Source of the DNA: Bipalium vagum
Taxonomy: Eukaryota
NCBI GenBank assembly: GCA_037834085.1
Contig: JBBMKC010086060.1
Span: 1-38,632 of the forward strand
Direction of reading: 5' to 3'
DNA: 38,632 nt
Under the pieces are notes generated by a model, which was given only the letters and a program-made list of their open reading frames with translations, was not told the origin of the DNA and made no database searches. Position 1 is the stretch's first letter, and each line of letters begins with the position of its first letter. Of this stretch, positions 14,101-28,000 are shown in pieces. The position numbers and the translations under genes are program-made.

Positions 14101-17100
14101 AATAACCTTTCGTCTTAATGACAGCTTTTACTCTGTTAGGTATACTATCCACTTTATTTTTCAGAATGTTTGAGGGTAAATTTTTGTCATTTTTCCAAAA
14201 CTAATTGTTCCAAATCAACTAGAGAGGCAGACTTTCTAAGTTTTTGTCGAATCCGTCTTTCCACCTCATCCCAAACCCGTTCAATGAGATTAAGATCTTG
14301 ACTTTGCGGTATCCATTGAATGAATATTTAAATTAGATTACTTTAAATTTTCGAAATATTTACTAGGTGACTGAAGACTTTTTACAGGGCAGTGTATTTT
14401 TATTAAATTATGAAGTATCGACTTATTCCGGTAACATAAAACTTGGGTTTATCTGAAAAAAATTCTGATTTGACAGTCATCATTAGTTAAATTTTGACTA
14501 TTCAAGACATTTACCATAGAATGAAACAAATAGTAATCGGAAAGGGCAAGACCTGGTTTTTGTAGCATAATATTCCAACGCAGGTTCAATAATTTGTGCC
14601 GAGTGCCCAAAGCAGTGTATGGTTTAGCATTATCATGATGAAAAATATTACTTTTACGGTTTGTCAATTTTTGGTGTTTTGCATTTTCGTGTTCAATTTT
14701 GTCAATTGGTCAATGTCAAAATTAAATCTAAAATTAAATTTAAAATTAAATTTTAATTAATTAAATATCAAAATTAATCTTTTGTCTGTTAGACAAAAAT
14801 TCGAAGTATATAATTCCTGGATAATCTCACTAAACTCACTTTCTTTTGATAATTAGAAGACATATGTGTTGCTGACTTGCACAATGATCTTTTCCGATGA
14901 ATATTATTGTATCAAATACAGTTTTCATCACCAATTACGCATTTCTTCAAAAATAGTTTTTTATTGTGTTTGATAAGAAATTCAAAGATTTCAATTCTTT
15001 GTCTAATGTGACTTTCCTAAATTGCTAAGAAACCCATAAATTGAGTTTTTTACGTACTCCATAAGCTTGATATTACTTTCGATGATTACATGTGATACAC
15101 TGAACGTCCTTGTAATGTTTTCACATCTAGTGAATGGGCGGATCGTTACTTATACGTTAGTGAAAAACACATGTGGAATTTTTCAAACAAATTTTGACAT
15201 TGACGTTCTTTTAATTGGCACCATACATTACAAAATTCTTTTGCAATTTTGTGATGCATTTTTGATTTTCCGATAATAGAAAAGTGAAATATTCCTCAAC
15301 ATGTGCCTTCGATATTCGATACTGTTCTGTTTTGTCACTGTTTACGATTTGTGACAAATGAAATCAACCAATCTATGAAATTAACTTACTGGTTGAGATT
15401 TGAATCCATCGACTATCTTTTAAAATTACGTTTAATTAATTAATCAATGATTATCTTAATAAAATACAGTTAAATTAAACTCTACGTAAAATCGGCAATT
15501 AATTTCTTACTAATCTATATTATTCAAAACTGCAACGTCGTCTAAGGTGACATCGAAATGACTGTTGCTTTTCACCATTTCTCAAAATGGTAAACCCTGT
15601 GTAAAACATCAAACTACCATGATCTCAATACTCATTTTTATTAACTAATCATAAGAGAATATCTTTTATTAAAAAATTAAAAGAATTGAAATGAAAGACA
15701 GATTACAATCAAAATCATAGTTCATTATTAGGTTGCTTTAAATTAAAATGATCATGTGCAAATAAATGACTTGATGTTCTGATGTAGGGATTCAGTCCAT
15801 CCATGTCTATTTTGAAACAACAGTTCCAGAACAAGTTTGAAGAATTAAAAAGTCTTTGTGAAAACGCTTTGATGAGAACTGGTAGCGATTCAAGTATGAA
15901 AGTCGCTAGAACAATTGAAGGTCGTCTTGCTCAAGCCCAGTTATGGCTGGCCAATCCCGAGGGACCTGAAAGGACATTGGGTGTATTGGCGAGCAAATCT
16001 CTTGTAGAGGACGGTATCCATTTGATGGATATCTTGAAATCATCAAAACGGAACAACAAATTGCTCGATTCTCTAACCAAGTCTTGCAACGATGTCATTT
16101 CAAAAGTCGATACTCTTAATAATTTGGCAATGCAGTGTAAGATTTGGCTCACTTTCTTCTATAATTTATTGATAAATAATAATTTTTATATTGATATTAA
16201 GGTAATAATCATAATTTACAAATATATATAGTGATATTAATCGTTATGGCATGTATTTTTTCATGGTTAATGATATTATCCACCTTGATTTTCACTGTAA
16301 TCCCATCTTCCAAACTGAAGTTTGGATCAAATTATTATTATTATTATTATTAAAGTTTCAAAGAAACTTTAAAATCAGAAGGAGTATTATAATTATGGGC
16401 ATTTGTTCAAATTTTCTCCTTAATACATTTTCACGTTGTGTCATGGTCAGACGAAAAATTGAAAGAGGGGGGTTTACTAATGTCATGTTGAATATTATTT
16501 TGATAAGAAGCAAAAATCATCAATAATTATCGCATAAAATTTATCAGATGGAATTGTAAATTTTCATGGAAATTTTCCTTTAGCAATTTTCATTGATAAT
16601 TAAAAATTAAAATTTAGGACAGAGCTTTATTTAAAATACTAATTATTGTGAAAAAATATTTTTATTCAATTTTTAAATGTAACTATTGATTTTCTCTTAA
16701 AAATTTGAATGATTGTTTTTCTTAATAATAATGAATATTTTTTGTTTATTAATTTTAGAAATTTATTTGTGTTTTAATAAATATTTATGAGAAATTAATT
16801 ATAAAAAAATTACTAAATATTTTCTGGAAAGTAAAATTCAATATATATTATATTATTGATTTTTTGTCACAATATTTTTATAATTAATTAATTTAGAAAA
16901 TGACATTTTGAAATGTTTAATTAATCATTTAATTTTAAATCTCTTTGTTGCGTATAGATATGGCGGGGTTTATTTAAAGTTTTATTATTTAATTTTTTTA
17001 TTAATAAAGTTTTATTATTTTTTATATTATTATTTAAATTTTTATTAATAAAGTTTTAAAAAATCGAAATTTCCAGGTCTTGTTGTATTTTGGGTAACGA

Positions 17101-19022
17101 TGTTAAAAATATGTCTGTTGTAACATCAGAAATACAGATATCCGTTTTTTCTATTTATTTTAATTTTTTTAAAGACTTTTTTACAATGACTTTGTGTTCA
17201 ATGGATAATATTTGATTTTTATATTATTTTATTTGAATGAGTCGTGAATGAAAATATGTTTCGATTTGTTGCGGGCTGACACAAATGTTGTGTTACAAAT
17301 AAAAATTTTGTTGATGAAATTTACATAGTAATAAATGAAAAATATTTTTTTGGATTATGAATGGTCTTTCCATGTTAGACTTATTGGGAAAACCATGTCT
17401 GGAGATTCGATTTATCTTACTGGTGTTACTTATATTATCTGAACATAGAAAACATTAATTTGAAACTTAGTTCTGTGGAAATTTAAGTTACTTGAAAAGG
17501 TATTTATAAGAATATTTATTAATTGTCCATATTTTATCTTTCTTAACGAGTTATTTTCAATTATTCAATCTTCGTGGAAACTGGATCCTCTCTAATGCAA
17601 ACCATCTAACTTACCTTATTTACAGTTTCAATAACTTCATTTTAACTTTTCAGCTAAATGCAAATCAGGCGAAGGTTATCAGTTGACACACGATCTTTTG
17701 GGAGATCTCAACAGATTGAAGGAAAATCTTTTGGCCGGTCTTATTGATCAGGTCGCCGAGAATTTTATTGATTTAAAGGGACATATTCGAAAGGTTTCCG
17801 AAACAGCGAATGCTATGCCAGGAGACATAAATAGGGTGCAAAATTTCGATGATGCAGTCTCAGAATTCAATGTAATATTGTCTATTTATTTTTAATTTTG
17901 GTGTTTTTATTAATTTATGCAATAATTGAGACTTATCAATAATTAATTAAGAAAATAATTACGATTTTTAACCGAAAAATGTATTTTTAAAAGTCGGAGA
18001 AAGTGAGAGAGATGTTTAAAAAATGCTATTCAGTTGGCGATATATTCGTGAGTATGCTAAATGAGGTAGACTATCATATCCAATATCATAAGCTCTGTAG
18101 TGATGTTTTGCAACGACTGACTTTGTCGCGAAAAATTTTTGGATTTTGATCATTGGGTAATGCCTTCATTCGTAAATATTTTGAACCAATTTTGCACTTT
18201 TCTTGTATCCATACCGGATGCTTCATTGATTTTACAGATGGTCTCTACAGAATTATGTCTAAATCTGAACTCGTATAGTGCAATTGTAATTGGTATATAT
18301 CTAACATGACTTCTAAAAATAATTTAACTTAGAAAATAATAATGACAGTAAAGTTAAACCTATGGAAAACAATTTATATTTCTAAAATCTATTTTTAAGT
18401 TTAAATATATTGTCTTAGAGGATCGTCGCGCGATCACAATGCGATCGAGAAAGGGGTCGTTATTATTGTGCAGGATTAGTGCAGATGTCACGTCAAACTG
18501 ACAGAAAATAGCAATTTTTATCTTTCCCAATATAAATAAAGAAAATAGTGAATTTTGTTCCATAAAAAATATATAATTTTAAAATGATGTTTACTTTGTG
18601 ACTATTTTTGTTAACAGTTCTAACAGAATCTTCGGAATCAATATTTTGATATATTCTAAATATTATAAAACTGTTTGCATTTTACTTGTTTTTATCATAA
18701 AAAAAAAGACTTGTCACTTCATTTAATAAAAATCAGAAACTCTCTCTAATGACCCTTTCATTGACTAATATTTTAATTTAAAGATAATGATTTTAATTTA
18801 TTGATTTTTAATTTTTAAAAAAATTATCATTTATAAATCTATTTTTTTATATATTTATTGACTTAATTTTTAAATTTTGATTGATCTTTTTAATCATTCA
18901 ACAAAGTTTTTTGTGACTTTATAATAAATATAATTTGAAAAATGAATTTTATTTTTCTTTAAATTGATATATTTACTTAAAATGTGCCAACTAAATTTTT
19001 ATGTTTTCTGTCTTTTATTACA

Positions 19023-19060
<38 letters not shown>

Positions 19061-22000
19061 TCATATTTCCATCCCGCAGGTTTCAGCCCTGTTTCTTTTT
19101 GTCGATTCCAAAGAATTATATATCTTAGCAAATTCAACGGGTCTTCCCCAACCAAAGATTTTTAATTTGATAAAATTTATTACGATTTTATCGGTCCCCT
19201 GACACTTTACCAGAGAAATTAGAATTTCTTGGGTGACACTTTTTGATTTTTTCATCATACAGTTTTGGTAATTTTTCAGATCCCTTTCTCGTCATAGAAT
19301 TAATTAAGATTACTCTCATCAATTTATATTATACTTTCATATCATACATATATTGGTTCGCTTTCGATGATTTGGCTTTAAGTTGAAATGTACTATAAGT
19401 ATATTTATTGGAATTTGTCCAAATGTGAACATATCCCCCATGGGTTTTCTTTCTATCAAATAATTTTCCCATATAAATAATGAAATAAAACAGAAATATT
19501 GATTTTTTTAAGTATTTAGATTACAAGGACCGATTTTTTGTTAAATTTCAATTTATTTCTTTTAAAGAGTTAATAGTTGGAATATAAAATAAAAAATATT
19601 TAACATTGGTCCCATGTGACTCAAAGTAATTCTTTTTATTTTTCTGAATGACATTTTACATCAATATATTTGTTTATTAATGTCCTTGAATAAAATTATT
19701 TTGATTAAAACTGGAAATAATAAATGCCAGTCACTGAACCAACAAATTGGGATTTTCATTAAGAAAACTTCCTTTTCTTTTATAGATCAATCAAAGTTTG
19801 CTATTTTCCTGTGTTTCTTGGACTTGTGAAATTTCTTTTGTCATCTTTTTGTCAATGCTGTACACTTGAGTGACCTGGCCTCTTTGAGGTTAATGCTACA
19901 AAAACCTTTTGAATCACCAACATAAAATAATAGATCGACACATAAGTAATATCTTTGTTTTAGTGATTCATATTCAATCAATTAATAAATTAATTGATCT
20001 GGTCAATACAGCATTTCTTGATCGAGATAAATTTCGTTTCTTGTGAAACTGTAAATATTAACATTCAAGAATTTTTCGAGTCCATCCAGTAAATTCTTAT
20101 AAATTACTTTGTAAATGGAGTGACATTGTAGGAAACAGTGATACCTAGGTATTTAATTAATAAACCTGCTTTGTGTCATGTTTTGTTTTTAAAGTTTTCC
20201 GTAAATAACAACCTAATATTTCACGACTTGAGAGTCTCTAATGGAGGATGGCACAATCTTTTAATATTTTTTGATTTTAATTAATGAATTTTTAATTTTT
20301 CAGAAACAGAGTAAGGCAATTTGCTCTACTGCTAATCTTCTTCAACCGTTGATCTCTGATAATCAACAGATTACAAACTTAAGACGATTGAATGATGAGG
20401 TATGTCTTTTTTTAATATACGTTTTTTCCAATGTTCATCCAATATCATTGGAAGGGCGTTGGTCTTTGGGTCTTTTAGATATCAATCTCAATCATTACAA
20501 TTGTTATCTGTCTTCTTTCAACAAATTAGATCTCATATCTGAGTTCACAAGTCATCAGTGCAGGTCGCGTAGTTTTATATAACGATGGTGAGAATTGTCC
20601 TCAGCCAATTAAGGATCATTTTGACACATTGAAAATGGATTGGGAGTCCAAGGTTGAAAAGATTACCCAGGAAATTGATAAACTCACCGATACATTTGCA
20701 TTTGTTTCTGCACAAGGTATGGATATTGGTATTTCTTCTGTGGAAATTGTTACATAAACTATCCAGAAAATGCTATTGATATTGAATCGGAAAAGATGGA
20801 AGTTAGCATAAGAAATTGTTCGGCACCGGGGGTTGTAGAGGGAACATCGAGAATAGCTCGACGAGCAAATCGAATCGCTCAAAAGGTGGATGTTGAACTG
20901 TCACAGAACGAGGATCCGTTATATGTGGAAAATGTTGGAAAAACAGTCAACCAACTGAGACATAGTATTGATTAGTTATTGATTAATTAAGTCTTTTTGT
21001 TCTGTAAATTCAATTTGGAAATATTGATTGTTTTTTCAATAATTCCTCTGTCAGCAATCACTCCCATGGCTATGACTGCTAAAACATTGATGACAAATTT
21101 CAAAGATCCAAATATTGCTGAGGAGTGGCGAAAGCAAAACAACCTACTCCGCCAAGCGGTTCAATCGGTTAAGTACGCAGTTCGAGCGCCTGTCGTCACT
21201 GATTTGTCTCAAAGTCTTCAAAGTGTCAACTTATCATCTGGAGGTAAATTTTATGATAAAAAATGCTTGGTCTTTTTTCGAAAAACTTGTTTTTGTTACT
21301 TTTTAAGTCTTTTATTGCCTTGATTTTTTTCGTTATAATTATTCAGATTTTAAGAAATTTTAGAATGATGATTATTGAAAAAAATCTTGAACACTGGTCT
21401 GATTTCTGCCCACATATTTTGGTTCTAGTCTTTTCGACCACTCCTTATATTATTTCATATACATTATAATATCATATAATATTTATTTATCTTTTTGTTA
21501 ATCAATAATTTACCACAGAAAACCTAGATATTTAATATTATAATATTTAAACAGAATTTTAATATCAATAAAATTATCAATTGACATTTTTATTATTAGT
21601 TTATTAAAAATCAATTTTATATTTTTGATTTCTTTATTAATATTAGAAATCAATGTTTTTAAGATTAAAATTATATTAATTAATATTAAGTTAAATATAT
21701 TTTGAGATCATTATTCTTAATTAAATTTCAATTTTTAACCTATCTTTTAAATTAATAATAATAATAACAAATAATATTATTTTTATTATTCTTCTGGTTA
21801 TTAAAGGTTATTACCAAATAATATGGGACATATAATTATGTCAAAAAAGGTTAAATTTAGTCATATTAATGTGATAGTCACACTAAAATTATGTAATATA
21901 ATATTAAAAAACCTATGAAAATCATAAATATTTATTAAATGAACATCAAATTTATTTATTAGCCAAGTCATATATATCTGGTTCATCGTGAATTTCAATT

Positions 22001-25000
22001 AATTGGTTAACGTATTTTAACTAATCACTTAATAAAGATTTTTCTTTGTAGTAATGTCTAATAAGACATGGTCTTCTTCAAATACTCCATTGTGTCACCA
22101 GTTTTTAAATATGGGTTAGTACCAAGAATTACAAGTATTATATTCCTTTTTAGGCAATGTTAACTTTAAATTTAGTCATTTGACAGATATGTAACTAAAT
22201 ATTCACACTTTCAATCTAATCATTTTTATTAGGCAATATCCATTAGATAATTTCGTACTTTATTTATGGATAATCAATATTCATTTTTTCTGGATTTAAA
22301 AAATTCTCAAAGGATTGTGACATTATATTTCGGAATTTTTATTTTAATTTTCAACTAATATTTTTATTATCACTGAAATAATAACTGTGGCTGATTTTCG
22401 TACGCATTTATTGATTATTATTATTAATATCATAACGGTGAGTTCTAATATATCTACCCATTTTTGTGTAAAGTTATTTCAATTATTTGAGAATGGTTTG
22501 AGACTATACATACCTTTAAGCTTATCATGTTCCGCCTACAACTGAAACTTTATCCATGCTTGAATCGACATCAATGGACACGGGGGCTTTGATGTTTTCA
22601 TCCCAACGAAGTAGCGATGTCAGCTCCATATTGTCCGACAAGACTAATGTTGGGAACTTGTCAAGCACTTATTATCCCAATAAATCAACACTCACATCAA
22701 ATGTCGACTATTACTCTTCAAATAGTAATATCGTTACTACAGGTATTCCACTTACCCTCCCACATAGCGCATGCATATAGCACGTTAAATGTGACTTGTA
22801 GAACACGTAGGATGTTTGCTATGTTCAAGTGTTGCAGATCCGAATGTGTTTTTATGTTCTTTTATTTTGTGCTTGTTTTGTCATTTATGTCGTCAATTAC
22901 TTCAGTGGTTCGGTTTTTTGAAATCAATTGAGAAGAATATTTATTTCAATATCTTATAGCTATGAAACCGTTATATATTTCAAAACTATATTTTTAAATG
23001 TATAATATAAAAAAACCAAAAATAATAGTTAATAATAAAAAATATTATATAACATAAAGTATAAATCTATAATAAAAAAAATTAAAATATCACAATGATT
23101 GTGTATTTTTCAAGTATGCTTCTTAAGAAATCAATAACAATCTTTTATTTCTTAAAATCAAAATTAAATAATTAATTAAACAAATAATCATTCATTGGAA
23201 TGCCTAAATTCATGTTTTTTTTTGAAAAATCATTTCGTAATGATTTCCTTTTAGATATTGATTTACTAAGTAAATTTTATTATTGAAATGATTAAATTAT
23301 AATTAGTATTAAATAATAAAAAATATTTTTAAAGTACTATATTAAAATTTAATCCTTTATGTAAATTAAATAATTTTTAATAAATTTAAAATTTTCTTTT
23401 AAAAATTAATTAAAAGACAATTAATTGGTTTAAATAAATATTTATTTAATTATTTTCATCAAATAAACATTATACTCAATCTTGTCTTTATGAATTCCGA
23501 AAGTGTCGATAACGTAGCGGTGACTAACAATTATTATTGTTTTAGAAAATTGATAAATGTGAAAATTACACTATTTAATTAAAGTTCGTTTTTTTATAAA
23601 TGATCTAAATTTTATGAAAATATTTTTCATTCTGGAAATTTATTTGTAAATCAATAATTCACAAATAAATAATATCTTTCTCAAATAATGATCGTCTTTT
23701 ACTGTTCATAAATATTCAGTGAATCTAATTTACAAAATCTTCGTGAGCTGATGTGAAACACTACAGATAAAAAATAATTATTTATATTTAGATTTCTTAT
23801 GAATCGGTGAAAGAATCTGTAAAATGATCTCGCAATTTAAGTAGATCGTTTAACAAGCCGGGTTGGGCCCGGAAATTGTTTTAATTTTGCATAATAAATT
23901 TTTGTTTTATTAATAAACAGATTTTAATAATTCCCAATTTCGAGCTAGGTTATGATATAAAATAATCTGTGTTTTAAAAATTCATAATTATGCACACTTG
24001 TTTATTTGTAGGATTTCTGTTCATTTTTTCATAATTATTAATTCTCGATTTATTTTATTAATATTAAATGTATTTATCAAAAGGAAAATGGAAGGACATT
24101 TTATTATTATAAAAGTGCTTCATCTTAAACAAATTATACAATTATTTTTTCACACTCATCAATAAACCAGTTTTAATAATGACTCGACCTTTTCATTTTT
24201 ACCACATCCTTTTCTGTTTGACATTGTTATTATTTCTTGCGGTGTTCATGATGCGTTCTTTATTGTTAAGAATCTTACACAGCCACAACTCGTTGTTCCA
24301 TTACGGTAAATTAAGATAATTTTCTAAGATTTGAAGCTTTTCTTGGAAATTTAAGTCTTGTCTTGTCTTCATATCTGTTGTCATTTTAAAAAACTGATAA
24401 AAATTTTTATAAATTTCATTAACTCAGATTAGATTAAAGTGATTATAATGAATGAATTTTTATACAGTCTTTAAAAGAAGATGGTTTTGATAACATTGCG
24501 ATGATATTAATATTATTCAAATGATAACATTAACCGTGATTACAATAAGCAGTCTCTACTGGATTTCATTACTGTGAGTTACATTATTAATTAAACCTTT
24601 GTTTCGGTACTGTAGCAATATTTGACAATGTCGCTGTATCATAGCTTCCCTTTATTTACGTCTGCAAAAATAAGCGTTGGTCGATCAATACTGTCAAATA
24701 TTGTCACAATTGTTTTCTTTTTGCGAGATCACAACTCCTTTCTTATGACACGTAAAATAGGATTGTACTGTTTTATAAATGATATGATTTATACAAAGTA
24801 AACAAAAAGGAGAAAGTAAAACGACAGTTGTTAGCTTTAGAAAGTATACTTCTCTTAAAGGGGTCCGTCATTTTCTTTCTCAATTGTGTTCTTTTGATTT
24901 TTTTGTGTATACAAACAGAAATTTCGTTTTCCAATAATAATTCTGTCCTCAAATTTATTTTGTGGACAATTTTATATTTGTGACGTTGCTTTTGTTTGAA

Positions 25001-28000
25001 TGGATTTTTTTCGTGTATTGGCGATATTTCTTAGTTCTAAATGACCATTGAATCTATCTTGGTCTTGAAGGCATTTCTTCATTTTATATATTTTTATTGC
25101 ATGACTGAAAATATTTAAATTACCACACTTTAGATTAAAATAATTAACTTTAGTCCTTCGTGAAACCCCATTCTATTTTACAGATAAGTTATTTTATAAC
25201 TAAGATGACGTCTATTATTGACCCCGAAATGGATCATATGATAACGGTTTTCTTAATGTTTTCAGTTCATTTTGTAATGGATATTATTTTTACTAGATTT
25301 CAACAATAGTGGTCAGGTGAGAAACAAAAGTGAAAGTGATATGTTCAATTAATATTATATAAGCACACCATTTTGGTTTGATAAATACTAATGATTTGTT
25401 CCATTTGTTGTAAAGAGCTTTAGGTGCTTTGAAGGGTTTTGAGATTCATTTCATAATTGTCGAACTTTATGTAGAGATTAAAGAATATTAAATCGTTAAC
25501 TGGCAGGACGAGCACCGTTCGTCCGTATCTTTATAGTATCATTTATATGATTCAGTGTGCGAGAAAAATTTTTTTGGCCTCCTCACAATAATAGTTATAC
25601 GCGAATCTAGCGAATGGACATAAGGTTAGTTTCAGTCAAGGCAATAATGGGCCCGGCAGTCAATGTGTTAAAATATAATTCAACTATAAAGGAATGAAAA
25701 AACATGATATAAATCTATTCCATTTAGCATATGTTATCTTGATCTTGTATTATAAATCTTTTTAATGTCTTTCCACCATCTCAGAGACTGGTGAAATGAA
25801 AATCTTTTTTTTGCTAGATTAAATTTGAAGATCGTGTCACTTAAATTACTATTTAAAATGATTTATCTTATCTTTTCCCCTGTAGAACCGAGAAGTGATG
25901 GAGAGGCAGATGATCAATTCGATTTTCCAGCAGCTCAACCCAACCAGCCAATTTTGGTAAAGAGATTCTAGTTTCATTTGTCGATATTTATAATGGATAT
26001 TTTTGATTGGAACTCTGTTAGGCAGCTGCACATGTTCTACATTCAGAGGCCAAGCAGTGGTCCAGTAAGGATAATGAAATTATCACTGCTGCCAAGAGGA
26101 TGGCTAATTTGATGGCTAAACTAAGCCAATTAGTCAGGTTCTTGTTTTTTTTTCATTAATTGATGTGGATTTTTTTCATTATAAAATCTATTAAAAATCC
26201 AGCTGACTTTGATTTATTAATTATTTTCAACAGAAATATTTTTGGATTTGCGCTTTCTTTTACTTTTCCAGAAATTTTTTATTTGATGGAAGAGTTTCTC
26301 AATAAATCTGTAACGCTGAACTACTTAATTAAAACTAATTTAAAATAAAAATCTTAAAGATTATTGGATTGGGAAGAAAGTATTTGACGAATTTATTTTG
26401 AAGAAACAAAAGTCATGAAACTATATGAAAGTATATTTTTATTAATTTATGAATTGTCCACTGTTATCAAGGACCTGTTTTCATTTCCCAGGAAGCATAA
26501 AATTTCCTCATTCATAAATCCACTTTTTTCGATATTAGAAAAATAAAATATACCTCAAATAAGGGTTTCGATTTTCGATACTAAAACTGACAAATAAAGA
26601 GCGAAACAATTCAATTAGTAACTTAATTTACTGATCAAAATTTGAAACCGTCGAGTATATTCTAATATTAATTAATCAATGATTATTTTATTTATTACAG
26701 TTAAATTATAATTAAATCGATTAATCAATTTCTATATTATTATATGTAATTATTATGAATAATAATGTTTGACAAGCAAAAAATATCACATAGATGAATA
26801 AAATAAAATACATTTTTTAAAGAAATTTTATGAATGAAATATTTTTTCGTGTTTTCGGACCTCAATCGAAGTAGCTGTAGCATGTTGTTTTTGTTTTAAA
26901 TGAATAATTTAATCTCAAGGTAATATTTATTTTTAGCTTTACTTTTGTAACTATAAAGTATACTATTTAAATTTGACGAAAGTTGTCGCTATTAAGGTCG
27001 TTGCGTTCCCATAAAACGCTCCGCACTATGTAAGTCTGTATTCTAAAAAAATTGTGTAACATAAGAAATATTAAATTAACTTTGACAAAAGACATGTAGT
27101 GATATCAAAGATCAACCGTGTTTTCTAAAACCATTGAAAGTAAATATAAAATATATAAGAAAAGGCTATGTTATTTATTTAAACCATGTGCGCCTTCACG
27201 TCGATTATCTTTTGTCTGGTAACAGGTAACTTCTTGTCATCAATGTTTTTAATTACTTTTCGCTCAGACCAACCGCGTCTTTGATATTAGATTTTCCGGA
27301 CTTAAAACGATTAGACCAATATTGTCCTACCCTAACCGATACTGCATCATCTCCATAAACTTTACAAATTTTACATTCTTGTCCTAATTATAATAAAGAT
27401 TTGAATAATATACAATTTCTTCTTTTAATGTGGTCATTAATAATAAAGAAATTTACAAATCTGGAAAAGATACCAACTCTTACATACAAAAGGGAAATTT
27501 TTCAGTCAAAGATATTAAAATAGTCGGAGGACATTTCGTTTTCACAATGTCTGAAAATTTTATGAAAAGAATATTGAATCCGTACTTCATAAAACGAGAA
27601 TATTTAAGCAAATCATTTATTTTTATATTGTACCATCAAAGGTTAACATTTAATTAAATATAATATTCAATTTCATTGTTTGATAAAATATGGAAAAACT
27701 TTTCCGTCACCCAATATTTTTAATATCTTAATTTTGTCTCCTGACATTTCTATGATAAGGCTATTAATTCTGATTATTAGAAGTCCACAAAAGAGCTGAT
27801 TCTGTTATTTGTGGACTTAGTTTGTGAGCTCAATTTCTGAGGAGAATGGCAGAACCAATTACTCAATTTTTATCAGCAATTTCTTCCTGTGGCTTTCTGC
27901 AGTTTATGATGATAATAATGATAATAATAATACTAATAATGAAGTAAAGAATTATTAAATGGCTATAGAAAAAAGCAGACTGGTGTTTTGTGAAACTAGA

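Noticed and set aside
15931-20882. Antisense ORFs 15931-16152 and 20616-20882 (also 11687-11893 and 25849-26031)
   Set aside because: They are shadows of vinculin exons, with no independent coding evidence.
22617-22931. 104-aa alternative-frame ORF with a hydrophobic C-terminus
   Set aside because: It overlaps the hinge exon out of frame, the hydrophobic stretch reflects T-rich DNA, and no splice route into this frame is evident.
24271-24573. Candidate microexons in the hinge intron (24271-24305, 24468-24483, 24553-24573)
   Set aside because: Individually they are phase-incompatible or create a TAA with the next exon. The pair 24271-24305 plus 24468-24483 would be in frame, but it needs a poor GTTTTG donor and lies antisense within the piggyBac remnant.
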